Below are positions 26,801 through 37,937 of a stretch of DNA of 64,000 nucleotides, piece after piece. Below the pieces are notes generated by a model, which was not told where the DNA came from, ran no database searches, and saw nothing but the letters and a program-made list of their open reading frames with translations. The stretch spans positions 16,306,001 through 16,370,000 of the forward strand of contig NC_047070.1 of NCBI RefSeq assembly GCF_902459465.1. Reading direction: 5' to 3'. The DNA is from Asterias rubens. Its lineage: Eukaryota. How positions within the stretch are numbered: position 1 is the first letter of the stretch; every line of letters starts with the position of its first letter. The position numbers and the translations under genes were made by a program.

Positions 26801-29619
26801 TTTTATACTTATCAGATACAACTATAGAGGGTTATTTACTATGGCAATCCTGTTGGTAAGTCCATGTCTCACACAGAAAGGTTTCACTACTTCCGATGTG
26901 GCAGGAGATTCTGTCCCCGCCCACCCCCCACCCACATACGGGAACTGTGTACAAACTACTTTTGAACCATCCTCCTTCAACCTACATTATGTTTAATGTG
27001 GTGGGGGGGGGGGTATGGGGCACAACTCACAGATTTTCCTAGGTCACCAGCTCCAATTGCACACATTTGTGTGTAGTTTTCTGAAAACAAACACCCACTT
27101 AATTCTTATGAAACTTTTAGTTCTGAGAAGACCTTAGACTTTGGATGGGCACTTCAAGGCAAGGGTTTATACTTAACTGATTTGGACTATCAACCCAAAT
27201 TAACCGCCACCTGGAGCACATTGCCTTAAACTCCTGGGGCTAAAACTGGGGCTGAAACAGGGTTACCCCCTTCACAGTCTATAAGGGTGTAGGCATGGGT
27301 ATCAACCACTAGGAGACCCGCTGGTAGAGCAGAATGCAATACTTTCCCAACTTTTGACCAAGCAATTATGGTTTAGTGCCTTGCTCAAGGGTATGTGTGT
27401 CATGTCCGGGAATCAAACCCACACTCTGCTGCTGACAATGTCAGAGCTTGGGTTCGGCGACACGCCACACAGTGTGGAAAGAAAAGTCCTTATTTTACAG
27501 CCCATTATCTCACCTGTAATGCATTGACTAATCTGATGGGGTGATCCTCCCTCAATGCAACTACACTGTGATAAAACAACATGTTGATATTCTCCTGGTG
27601 GTTAAACGTATCAAAAAAAAACAGTGCTCAAAAATCATTCAACATTCTTCAGAAATAATGACAACAGTGGCTTCTAATATAGTGCTCATATCTATCACTC
27701 AGTGATGCTCAAGGCACTTCAACATTCAGTATTTTCCTGCACTTGAGGTAATCTGGAGCTATTTTTTGAAAGATGATACATTTTTCCCTTTACATAACAC
27801 CATGTAATGGTTTACACGGTGCTGTGTGATCAGACCAGGAACACCTGGGCGAACCCCCTTATCTTTTCGATTAAAGTGCACTTGTTTTTTTTAATGTGCG
27901 TTTCACAACACACAGGACCAGCGGCTTTATGCCAAATCCAAAGGATGCAACAATAATGGTCAAGTGTCTTGCTCAAGGATACGACAGGACTTGAAACCAC
28001 ACTCTGCTGAACAGAAACACCAGAGCTTGCAATACCTTAAATGAAAGCTTGTAACATTCTTGAATATACAAAAAAAAGTTTTTAGATTGTTAGATCTAAA
28101 TTTTTTAAACTGAAACTGAGACCTCACATCTTTAGGAATGGTTGATGTCTACTTCTCTTTAATTTAGGAAACCTATCCGTTTCATTTCTGTGGTGAATTT
28201 AATGAAAGGACCCCTCCCTCTTATGACCTGATCTTACCTTGAGCTTAAGTAACCTCTGAGGATCCATGGCTCCAAGTTCACTCTCAATATACTTCACATT
28301 TGCCTGGATTGAGAAGAAGAATTCGTGCACAAATGAAACACTGTTCATCATTTACCATATTCTAAGAATTTGTTTAAAGAAATAAAGATTAAACAAAATA
28401 GGTTTTTATTGACTCGCCTACAAGAAGGATGGAAAAAAAAATTTACAGAAAGATGCAAACATCTTGGAAAAATTATTACCTTGAGGAGGAACAATTCATC
28501 CCAGAAATTTGCATTGCCTCTGGACGGATCCTGATCCTGTGGAATTATAAAACAAGTGATAAGATTTAAGGGGGTGGGTGGATTTGTTGTCGGGGGCGGT
28601 GCACATAACTCAAGTTTCGGATGCACCAACATTTGGGTTTCAGCATTAAAGGCAGTGGACACTATTGGTAATTACTCAAAGAAATTATTAGTATAAAACC
28701 TTACTTGGTAACATGCAATGGGGAGAGGTTGATAGTATATAACATTGTGAGAAACAGCTCCCTCTGAACTGACGTAGTTTTCAAGAATGAAGGAATTTTC
28801 CACAAATTTGATTTTGAGAATTGGTCTCGAAATCAAGCATCTGAAAGCACCCAACTTCGTTTGACAAAGGAGTTTTTTCTCTCATAGTTATCTCGCAACT
28901 TGGATGACCAATTGAGCTCAAATTTTCACAGGTTTATTATTTGATGCATATGTTGAGATACAGCAAGTGAGAAACTGGTCTTTGACAATTACAATAGTGT
29001 CTAGTGTCTATAACACTTGGGTATTGGAGCTAGTGAAAAAGTATGGGACACTAAGCAGAGGGACACCTAACTCTTTGAGGAAGAGTAGGGTAGTGTACTT
29101 TCATGTTGTTGGACCAAAATGAGTAATGCTAAATGATTGCAGTGGTGTCAATACATTGCACCAGCTAAATGTGTATACAATGCAGGAATAAATATTTGGA
29201 TCTTGGAAGTAGGAACATTTTATCAAGTACAACGGCTGACCTGTATACCCCTGGAGTGGGCTGCTATACTTCTGAATGCATTATTATCTTTCTTCTGATT
29301 TTTCCAAGAGCAAAACAATTAGACATCAGACTAAAGAAGGAAGAATAGCATGCCGGACAATACACATCCTCTGAAAATTGTAGCTAACATAATCTGGAGG
29401 AAAACATTAATTTTTTTACAGTATGTGTAACTTTTCTTCCTTAGCAATGTGTAAGAATGGGGGAAAAACACATAAAAACTCTAAACCAAAAATCAATGAG
29501 AACTTAAGACAGGGGTTCACCTTAAAAAATGCATCATAAATGTCTAAGATCTTCTCCTTCAATGCCATCTTCCGGTCCGATCCTTGTCGTAAGAGTGTTG
29601 TTCCTTTAAACCGCGGCAT
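10860..29619 (-). CDS. ARMH3: Armadillo-like helical domain-containing protein 3 (C10orf76/UPF0668), 26 coding exons, 686 aa
   Basis: Manually spliced GT-AG exons (minus): 29619-29521, 28536-28480, 28303-28238, 27594-27514, 26629-26522, 26006-25914, 25791-25717, 25308-25222, 24983-24927, 24415-24372, 23683-23620, 22221-22175, 21356-21275, 20902-20824, 19942-19841, 19535-19477, 19054-18989, 18505-18436, 17858-17798, 15899-15811, 15567-15485, 14954-14828, 14227-14152, 13809-13731, 12766-12650, 10952-10860; phases all consistent, total 2061 nt. Peptides match my recollection of human ARMH3 throughout ([77 protein letters not shown], ending QEFSTIQ*). Confidence 0.95.
11796..11910 (-). repeat. 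(TAA)n microsatellite (about 20 units) forming the tail of an L2-tailed retroposon
   Basis: TAA run 11796-11855 abutting AAGACTTGTAATGCGCACATATCCACC...CAAGGCGCAG. Confidence 0.75.
13366..13692 (-). mobile_element. tRNA-derived SINE with V/Meta-type central domain and (ATT)n tail
   Basis: tRNA-like head with B box GGTTCAATTCC, central TGTGAGTTGAGTTG...GAGGGTTTTCC...CCGGTTTTCCTCCC motif, (TTA)n tail. Confidence 0.75.
14975..15150. repeat. AT-only low-complexity (AATTT-like) tract
   Basis: Direct reading. Confidence 0.8.
15160..15445 (-). mobile_element. Repeat containing a degenerate tRNA-like segment (15291-15221)
   Basis: A box TAGCTCAGTTGG and B box GGTTCAAGTCC but unpaired anticodon and acceptor stems; flank 15370-15425 recurs at 10590-10650. 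Confidence 0.6.
16372..17240. mobile_element. Complete non-autonomous hAT-type DNA transposon in ARMH3 intron 19
   Basis: Perfect 17-bp TIRs TAAGCTTGGGCGGTTCC / GGAACCGCCCAAGCTTA, perfect 8-bp TSD TCTGTATG (16364-16371, 17241-17248), many subterminal GGTTCC/GGAACC repeats, no transposase ORF. Confidence 0.9.
20004..20302 (-). mobile_element. Degenerate L2 LINE 3' end in ARMH3 intron 14
   Basis: [14 protein letters not shown]...PVRNLRS then (frameshift) [26 protein letters not shown], (TGAT)n tail. Confidence 0.8.
21886..22112. mobile_element. Kolobok-like MITE, internally deleted
   Basis: TTAACGGCACTGGACAC ... GTGTCCAGTGCCTTTAA with family body. Confidence 0.7.
23314..23550. mobile_element. 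PIF/Harbinger-like MITE
   Basis: TIR GGGTGCGTTCAATTAGC / GCTAATCGAACGCACCC (1 mismatch), 3-bp TSD ACA. Confidence 0.75.
27654..28029 (-). mobile_element. tRNA-derived SINE, same family as 34077
   Basis: Reverse complement of head, body and tail of 34077-34414. Confidence 0.75.
28646..29011. mobile_element. Kolobok-like MITE, same family, opposite orientation
   Basis: TTAAAGGCAGTGGACACTATTGGTAATT left end, GTGTCTAGTGTCTATAA degenerate right end; internal sequence is the reverse complement of 48084-48474. Confidence 0.75.
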
Positions 29620-30808
29620 TGTAGAAGCCGATCCAGTCTGTGATGTACAGACACAATAGTACAGACAGCTAGTTATACCCTGATGTTTATGGTCTTGGAT
29701 TTTTACAAAATCTTTTCTCCTTCTTCAGTTGAAGTAGGGCGTCAGGACTCGGGTGGGTTTGGCTAAAAAATGAGAAGGAAAGTCTTAAATTCATCTGATT
29801 TTCACTTCTTGTAATCTCAGGCCGAGGCCTACATTTTCTGTTAATCAAATTCAAAATAATACAATCTTTTTTACTAAATAGGCCTATACATATATATGTA
29901 CTTACGTCTAATCACTGAATCACAATTTTTTGTTTTATTTGTTCAATTTGTATAATTGATATGACCATGGAGGTAGAATTCAATACTGTTTTGGTGAGCA
30001 TGATCGAGATTGGCTCTCTTTGCCAGCTTGGCGTTTATACATAATACAAGTTAACCCTTCTACATCTATCGTATATGCATACTCGGCCTAAAATGGTAAA
30101 GTACAATACAAGCAATTGAAACAGTTGTTGAAACAAGCTTGTAAGTTGTCGTTGATTTATTGGAGTAAAAAGTCCTTTAAAAGCCTGCAACCTGTTGATG
30201 TTACACTATTTATTATTATAATTATTATGGTTTATTAAAAAAACTGCTCATTGCAGCCTACTGGCTGAACTACATAATACATTTTAAGTAACTTACAAAA
30301 GTTGATATGAATCACATTTCTATTTTTATGTAAACACCACAAGCCTAGGAAGGCTTGATTTTGTCTTCACTCCACCCCCCCCCCTGAAAAAACACAGAAA
30401 ACGCCCCCAAGATAGTCCTTCACATATCTTATTTATTCCCCTGGACCTCACAGGGGCTTTGCCCCTAGCCTACTGTACTAGGTAGCCCTCTGGACCACAT
30501 TGCTAATGATACGCCTGTTAGTGTCATGTCAACTTCACATGAATGACACAGAGTATGTCATAATAATCAACACTGTTCACTGCAGAGCTGTACAAAACAA
30601 TTAACTTTTTTAACACGACCGGACCGTTAATGTCGTGATGATGATGAAACACAACAAACAATATTGAACGCAAGCAGGCCTACCGTGATCGTGGAATGGA
30701 ATGAGACCAAAATGAAACAAAGAAGGAATACATCACCCACTCATGGTGTGAAAAACTAACAACACATGTAACTAGAAAATACATTAAAATGAATGAAATA
30801 AAACTTAC

Positions 30809-31029
30809 ACATTCGCAGAAAACACACGGGAAAATCTGTGATGTTGGAACTTGTTCAGTCTGCTGCCATTTGTCATAATTATTAAAGTGACCACAAGGCA
30901 ACTGAACAGGGTACAAGACCCATGTGATGAGAGATGACGTTTTCGGTTTTTCAACTACGGAGGGCGCTATGTAAGATTAATGGTTCAGCTACCTGTCGCA
31001 TCTCTGTGCATCATCACATCATCCAAAAT
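30809..31029. promoter_or_regulatory. Compact bidirectional promoter with both non-coding first exons of ARMH3 (minus) and ZFYVE27 (plus)
   Basis: Opposed GTAAGT donors at 30808 (minus) and 31030 (plus); matching acceptors at 29638 (minus, 18 nt before ARMH3 ATG) and 31854 (plus); CpG-richer core with TGACGT and GGAGGGCGCTA motifs around 30930-30970. Other possible ARMH3 donors at 30683 and 29905. Confidence 0.55.
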
Positions 31030-31517
31030 GTAAGTAAATAAAGATTTGCTGTGAGAAAAAACAACATTGTTGAGTGCTGATTCAATAACAACCACGCTCC
31101 AACGTTTGGTACATTGGGTAGGTACACACGGATGGGCAAATCTTCGGACTTTAGGGCTCCATTTCAGATTTTGACAATCTGGCCAAATCTGTTCACTCTC
31201 TTTCGCTGTCTCCCTACTGTCATTAGTCGCTAGATCATCCGATTATCCGATCAACCTGTTCTGCACAAACACATTGTTTTGTATTGTGCTACTTGTTGGG
31301 CAGTGACAGTGTAGGCAGGTGGTAGGAAGGTCATATGAAGGCTGTTGCACTGGCAATGCAATTAAAATGGCATGGGCGTTCCATGTAATAATTATGAGAC
31401 TGGGACTACATTATCTGCAACAATTGGGGATCACTTTTTCCCCATTATGGCCCCTGTGGTGTTATATTAATAAACAAATTTAATTGCAGAGCTTGTCAAT
31501 GTTTCTATAATGGTTTA

Positions 31518-31777
31518 CACACTGAAAAAGAACCAGTTCAGTTTGAGCCAAAAATGCCGGCTCCTCTGTTCAGAAATGGCTCAATTGATTGGATCATTGA
31601 GCCAAGACTGGATCAGTCTAAACTGAGCCAGTGGCTCTGGACTGAACTTGACTGAGCCAGTTTTTGCTCAATCTGAGCCATTCATCGGATCATGGCTCAT
31701 ACTGAGCCAATCTTGTGAGCCTGTGTAAACAGAAGAGCCAACTTTTTGGCACAAACTGGGCCGTTTTTCCGCTAGTG
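31518..31777. mobile_element. CACTA/EnSpm-like MITE in ZFYVE27 intron 1
   Basis: CAC...GTG termini, 2-bp TA TSD, numerous GAGCCA/TGGCTC subterminal repeats. Confidence 0.6.
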
Positions 31778-31903
31778 ATATATACATGTTGATATCTTAT
31801 GTTATTGTAAGTCTTATGTATAGTTAGTGTTACTAATTTTTTCTTCCATTCCAGATCTTGCCAAACTCATTTATAGTAACCATGACTATATGAGGAAGAC
31901 AGA

Positions 31904-34900
31904 ATGAAGACGACAATGGGCAATTGTCACAGCAGTGTGAGAAATACGGACGGGGTAGACACGGGTGTACAAGGACGTCCAGTCGCGTCCGATACAGGGA
32001 AGCAACTCGTACAGTATAGCATTAATAACTTGGTTGATCAGGTGCACAGACTACAGAGACTATGTTGGCACATGGTGCTACTGTGGAAAGTCATTGTTGT
32101 TCTCATCAGGTACAAACCAAATCTGTGTCCTTAGATTGAATGTTATGGATCATTCTATTGTACCCAGTAACTGTAACCCTTTTTGGGAATATTGACATCT
32201 GCAGTTTGTACGAGCTAGTAGGAACCAAACATGTCAACATTGTGAACAAGGAATACAGCGCCCAGTAACTGGATCTACATTGTAGTATTTTACCCACTTT
32301 TATGAATCATTCCATGTTACCCACTTTTATGGATTACTAAATTGTTCCACTTTTATTGATTATTGTACCCACTTTTATGGATCATGCCATTATACCCACT
32401 TTTATCATTCTATTGTACCCACTGGTTCCATGTTAAAGCAAAGTGGTGGTACCAAGGTCGCCCCAAACTGTTTGAATCAGTATTGCACTGTGTATGACCA
32501 TCATAATGAGAGTTTTTATCTTTATCTAGGTGGGAGGTACCATTTGTCACTCTTTCATTCTGGATTGTTTCACTTCTCATCTGCTACTTCATGGAGTCTG
32601 GTAAGTTGTTAAGGTAGACAGACTATATTTCTGTCATTCTGGTAGCGTTTTAGTTGTTCAAGGGTGTCTATTGGTTTCTATTGACCCCTCACCTAATGTG
32701 GAATCAAGGCGTGTCTACCATTTTCTATAATTTTGAGAGTCAAATCTTTTGTGCATATTTGTGCACGATTTTAAATCTTAAAATGGCGACAGGATAGGTG
32801 CGTATGAGCGCACTGTGCGTTATGCAATCAGGCCTGTATGCTTCATTTTTGAATGGGCAAGGGCACCAAGGCAATTTCCCTATGAGGAAATTGCAATCGC
32901 CTTTGATGCATCTGTGAAGTATCAGGCCTGTTGATTGAAACATGTTATCTCTCTGACTCTACTGAAAGTGTGCTTTACTGATATTCTTTTATCTCCTATT
33001 GATTGACAGGTCAGTTGCTGGTAAGCTGCCTCTCCTTCCTCTTTCTCCTGGGCGGGGTCGGGGGCGTGGCCAAATTAAATTCTCAAAAACCCAAAACAGC
33101 CAAAGAGCCAAGCTCAACAGCAACCTCGCCAGGGACCGCTGCCAGCTCAGTGACTACCCCTCAGGAGAAGGAACAGAGCAGTACACAAGATGCTGAGCAT
33201 CACCAGAGGAAAGGGCGGGAAGTCCTGGTCGAGTATCGACAGTTGATGTTGACGGCTCAAGATTATTTGAAGGCATGCTGTGAAGCAGTGCAGAGAGTAA
33301 ATGAAGTGCTGGGGTGGCAGAATACAAAATTGTCTTCAGTGTGAGTTAATTTCAAAATCAGTTTGTTTTTGTTATCATAAGTATAAGTTTATTATATTGT
33401 ATATTTACTTTATTTATTGAACTAGGGGGGATGAACTTCAGATGCTTTACTATAACTGCTTCTCTTCACCCAGGGGTAAAATGAAATTATCGCCCAGTGA
33501 ACAGGGGTAATAAGGTCAGAAGCGCTTTGAAGTGCTATATAAAAATTGATTATTATAATTATTATAATAGATGGGTACCTGCAAGGATAGAGGACCAGAG
33601 CGCCACAGCAGCTCGGGCTGTATGCTCTCCAGGGAGCTGAGAAAGATTAAAGGAATGTTATAAGAACTTATTATTGCTGTTATTATTATTAAAAACTACA
33701 CATATTGTGACAGCAAAGAGAGAAATTTATTAGTCTTTAAATGTTTTATCAATGTGTTCCAAATCCCACCAGATGCTATGGCGGGGCTTCTTTGACCCTC
33801 CTACTCTTGTACCTTCTCCCGTTGAGATGGTGTGTCATGGCGGCCATCAGCAGTGTCCTCTGTATCAATCAACACTTTATAAAGGTCATCAAAGAACTTG
33901 GGGACTCATCTCATCGTGATCCTCCGTTGGTCACAAACAACAACAAACCTAGCAAGAAGAAACTGAAGGAATTCAAGGATATGGTGGTAATGATAAGACT
34001 TAGGGCAAGGCCATTTATATTGTGCAAAGGGCAATTCCATTGGAAAATCTTAAAGTCAATGGGTAACTTTTAAAGGGCACCGGATTCAAACTCTGGTGTT
34101 TCTGATCAGCAGAGTGTGGGTTTGAGTCCCAGTCACTCGCCTGTGTCCTTAAGCAAGACACTTGGGATGGGCGTAAAAACGTTGATCCTGTGTCTTGTGT
34201 ACTGCACACAAAAGAACCCAGTGCGCTTCATCGTTAAGAGAAGGGGTTCACCTAGCACTTTGTGTAAACCATTACATGGTGCTATGTAAAAGGAGTAGGT
34301 CTCATAAACGTAGTCTCACATACCTTGCAGGAAAATAGTGTATGTTAAAGCACCTTGAGCGTCACTGAGTGACGGATATGCACGCTATAACAAGCCACTT
34401 TTTAAGTTATTATTTTATGTTTAAAGGGTCTGGCTACTTTTTGTGGGACACAAACACAATGTCCACAGATTAAACTAATCGTACACAGTTTGAAGATAAT
34501 TAAAAAATTACTTGCTGAGGTGCTGTAGTTTTTAAGAAATGAGTAAAACAAATCATGAAAATATGAAGATTGTAACATGGACAATCTCCAGCAATCACTG
34601 ATCACGCTTTCTATTTCATTCCATCCATCTTCCAGCCTGAGGAGGAATCCAAGGACCAGGTTCCCACTGACGTCAAATCATCCATCCATCCACTCATTGA
34701 ACACCGCCCTCTACATCTCTGCGTAGGTTTAACGCTTATGTCTGTTTCACGTTCTAAAAGGGTTTGGGTGCTTTTTGTACGACACAAAACACCATATCCA
34801 CAGATTTAAATTAAACTTACAAGGTTTGAAGATAATGACGGTAGAAAGTTTCCCTTTCTCAGATGGCTCAGATTGGCAGAGTCGGAACTAAAATAAAAAT

Positions 34901-36980
34901 ATGCAAAAAGTAACTAAAAGGAATAGGTTGTATTATTTGTGACAAAGTTAGTTAAACTAGTTTTCAGACATTCAATCATTCTTTCACCTTAATACATTTT
35001 ATCAAAAGCAAGTAGAGGTAGTTAAATCATCATGCACATTCAAAATAAACAATCTTTGAAGAAACCTGTTACCTTAGGCTCGAACATTCTATTTTCAAAG
35101 CTACACTAACTCCTCCATTCTCCTTAACGTAGTGTGTCCACCTTACTCAAATGGCTTATGGTAAAGGTTTGGATGTAATTATAAGCAGTGAATTTATTAA
35201 CTCCTCAGCAAAAGAGCAAATCCCTGGACGAGGCGGGCCCCAATTACGCCAAGCTAGCTTTAGCTGCTGCCACCAGAAACCGTTCTTCTACTGCCCCAGA
35301 ACTACCCACGCTGAGGCTCAACTCAGCTGGTACACCGGTGGAGGTGTGTTATCTATGTGGGACTATGTTTTCAGCTGTGTTAAAGCGCAGGGTAAGTAAT
35401 GCTTCATTTTGCATTCATGAACTCGTGGGGTGGCGTGGCCAGACCCAAGCTCTGTTGTTGCCAGCAGCAGGGTGTGGGCTCGAATCCCGGCCATGACGCT
35501 TGAGCAGGGCACTTAACCATAAATGCTTTGTAAAAAGTTGAGAAGGGGCACTTAACCATAAATGCTTTGTGAAAAGTTGAGAAGGAAGCCTTGTTTACTG
35601 GACCCAAGCTCTAGTGCTGTCAGCAGCTAAGCGTGGGTTCGAATCCTGGTCATGACACTTGTTCTCTTGAGCAAGACACTTAATCATAGATGCTTTGTTC
35701 AAAGGTGGGAATGAAGTGTTGTTCGCCTGACCCAAGCTCTGGTGTTGCCAGCAGCAGAGTGTGGGTTTGAATCCCGGTCATGACATTTGTACCCTTGCGC
35801 AAGGCACTTAACCATAGTTGCTTTGTACAAAGATGGCAAGGTATTGCATTCTGCTCTACTAGCCAGGCTTCTTAAGTGGATAATGCCCATTTGCCTTCAT
35901 CCTTTATGGACTGGGAATGGGGGTAAACCTGTTTCAGCCCTAGGAGTAGGTGGCAACTCACCTACGTAAATTGAGTTGGTTGATTGCCCTCGCCCTGAAG
36001 TGCTGGCCTTGGGATGATAGGCAACCTATGATCTCTTTTTAAACACACAATTATGAGTGTCCCAACTAGTGTTTTTGTACATGCTTTGTACTTCCATGTA
36101 GTGAAAGAAAAAATATATTTGGTAAACAGTTCACATTGTATTAACATTGTTCAACGCAATACAATTATTTGTGTCTCTTTAATCAGCGTTACTGCCGGTC
36201 ATGTGGAAACCAGTTCTGCCAACGTTGCTGCTCAAGGAAGCTGCCTCGGTCTACATTTGGGGCGACATGTAAGTCAAATTCAAATCCAAAATAATAATGG
36301 TGATAATTATAGGAGGCTTATGGGATGCTTGGTGGCAGCAGACTTACCAGATAAAGTGCACATGCTCAGAACTATGTAAACAATGGTAATTCTGGTAAGT
36401 CTGCTGCCACCTAGCGTTCCAAAGTCTCCCATTACAAATTCTTTTATAGCGCATTTCACAATAACCGTATCTACATGCTTTACATTAGTGCCCTGATCAT
36501 TGGGCTAATTACATTCCATTAATTTTTCTCAGCTCCCTGGGGAGTATACAACCTGGGCAACTGTAGTGCCTTAAGTCTTTTGCACACACGATATCAACCT
36601 CTACCCTCGCAGGTACCCATTTTATAACCCTGGGTGAAGAGAATCAATTATAGTAAACTATCTTACTCAAGGACACAAGTTACACAATCGGGATTCGAAC
36701 CCAACCTCTGATGACTTAGCACCCGGAACGAAATTGATGCTCTTAACAGCTCAGCCACAACACCCTACCAATGCGCTTGACCACGATAAAACACACCACA
36801 ACACACCACGACACACCACGACACACCACGACACACCCAAACCTACCATATCTATATTTTTCACACACAGCTCCAGCAGCCCAGACGGAGAAGGAACTTG
36901 TGTGTAATGCGTGCTTCTGTAATATGACATCAGATGAGGTCACATCGTTAAGTAGCGGTCCTACTATTGAAGAATGCTGA
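31904..36980 (+). CDS. ZFYVE27: Protrudin (ER membrane hairpin/TM region, FFAT-like motif, C-terminal variant FYVE finger), 8 coding exons, about 427 aa
   Basis: Exons 31904-32109, 32530-32600, 33010-33340, 33773-33986, 34636-34722, 35209-35391, 36187-36268, 36871-36980 (1284 nt, phases consistent; exon 5/6 boundary least certain). Peptides LIRWEVPFVTL, CCEAVQRVNEVLGWQN, LLYLLPLRW, EFKDM and CYLCGTMFSAVLKRRRYCRSCGNQFCQRCC...VCNAC align by eye with human protrudin (LLRWQMP, CEAAYRVLHWEN, LYLLPLCW, EFKDA, CSATFSVLKKRRSCSNCGNSFCSRCC...VCASC). Confidence 0.9.
32290..32425. repeat. Imperfect tandem repeat with core TACCCACTTTTAT (about 6 copies)
   Basis: Direct reading. Confidence 0.75.
34077..34414 (+). 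mobile_element. tRNA-derived SINE (major family), near full-length
   Basis: Head CTCTGGTGTTTCTGATCAGCAGAGTGTGGGTTTGAGTCCC, body AAACCATTACATGGTGC, L2-like tail CTTGAGCGTCACTGAGTGACGGATATGCACGCTATA...TTATTATT; other copies 27654-28029 (-), 17908-18066 (+), 9308-9425 (+), 27360-27470 (-), 20305-20370 (-), 61680-61910. Confidence 0.75.
35425..35830 (+). repeat. Three tandem SINE 5' heads in a ZFYVE27 intron
   Basis: Three copies of CCCAAGCTCT...GTGGG(C/T)T(C/T)GAATCC...CATGAC...CACTTAA(C/T)CATA, plus an internal 36-bp duplication at about 35507-35585. Confidence 0.75.
36440..36765 (-). mobile_element. CORE-type (MIR-like) tRNA SINE
   Basis: B box GGGTTCGAATCCC then CTTGTGTCCTTGAGTAAG...CTCTTCACCCAGGGTTATAAAATGGGTACC; interrupted copy at 33450-33690 (+). 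Confidence 0.6.
36790..36838. repeat. (ACACACCACG)n decamer repeat just upstream of the last ZFYVE27 acceptor
   Basis: Direct reading, about 4.5 units. Confidence 0.85.
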
Positions 36981-37665
36981 TGAGAAGGCTGAGTAATGTA
37001 CACTAAATCAAGATCTTTTATCCCGTATTCAAACATTTTATGGATTCTTAGGTACCGCATACACGCAGGCCACTGAGGTAATGGCCTCCGTTGCCCCTGG
37101 TCTTAGCCTTGGTGCCCTTCACAACCGATGCCTTTCTTGTGGAGAAAATGCTGTCGTTGTTTTATACAATTTTGTCAATTAAAATAAAACGCTAATTTTT
37201 CTAGTAATATATATAATGATGTAAACTTTACTGTTTTGAATTCCTGTAATTAAAATGTTCCAACATATTGTTAAACCCTAACTCCCCAAATTCAACAAAA
37301 TCCACAGCCAGGTTCTGCATAGTTTGATTGACACAAGCAATACCTTGCCATTGTGTTTTTGTCATGCTAGGCAGGCTTGAAATGAAAATAGTCAGGTACT
37401 TCTTTGGTGTGATGAGAATCTGTATCTAAGTTGGGAACTTATCTACCCATAGACCGGTGCGTGTTAGGTGCTGTGTACTAAGTTGCTACATCCTTTAGTC
37501 TTGTGAACAAATAATCCACATGCATAAACATTGTAACTTGGGTAGGATTTTAACCCACAACCTTTGCCTTTCTAGAGCAGATCGTCCACAGGCAATTAAC
37601 TTGGGTTGGATTCGAACCCACCTTCGCAATTCTAAATCAGACGTCACCATTAGGCCACCGAGCTT

Positions 37666-37937
37666 CCCAGGTCAAAATTCCAGTTGAACCTAGTTAAACT
37701 TTGTTTAACTGGAACTAGTTGAAAACCAGTTGATAAACTAGTTAAACACAGTTAAAATCAGTTGGTTTAATATGGAAAATGGACAGAAACCTACTGATTT
37801 ATAATTTCAACCTAGTTGAACACAGTTAAACCTAGTCCAAACCAGTTGGTTCATATGGAAAATGGACGAGTTTGGTCACTATCCAGTTGAACCAGTTGAC
37901 CCCAGTTAACTAGGTTCAACTGGAATTTTGACCTGGG
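37666..37937. mobile_element. EnSpm/CMC-like MITE with 32-bp perfect TIRs
   Basis: CCCAGGTCAAAATTCCAGTTGAACCTAGTTAA at both ends in inverted orientation, 2-bp TT flanks, internal CAGTT/AACTG/ACTAGT repeats. Confidence 0.75.

Noticed and set aside
30950-30970. CTCF site at the bidirectional promoter (ACTACGGAGGGCGCTA)
   Set aside because: Only the 3' half matches the consensus; kept as an unassigned motif.
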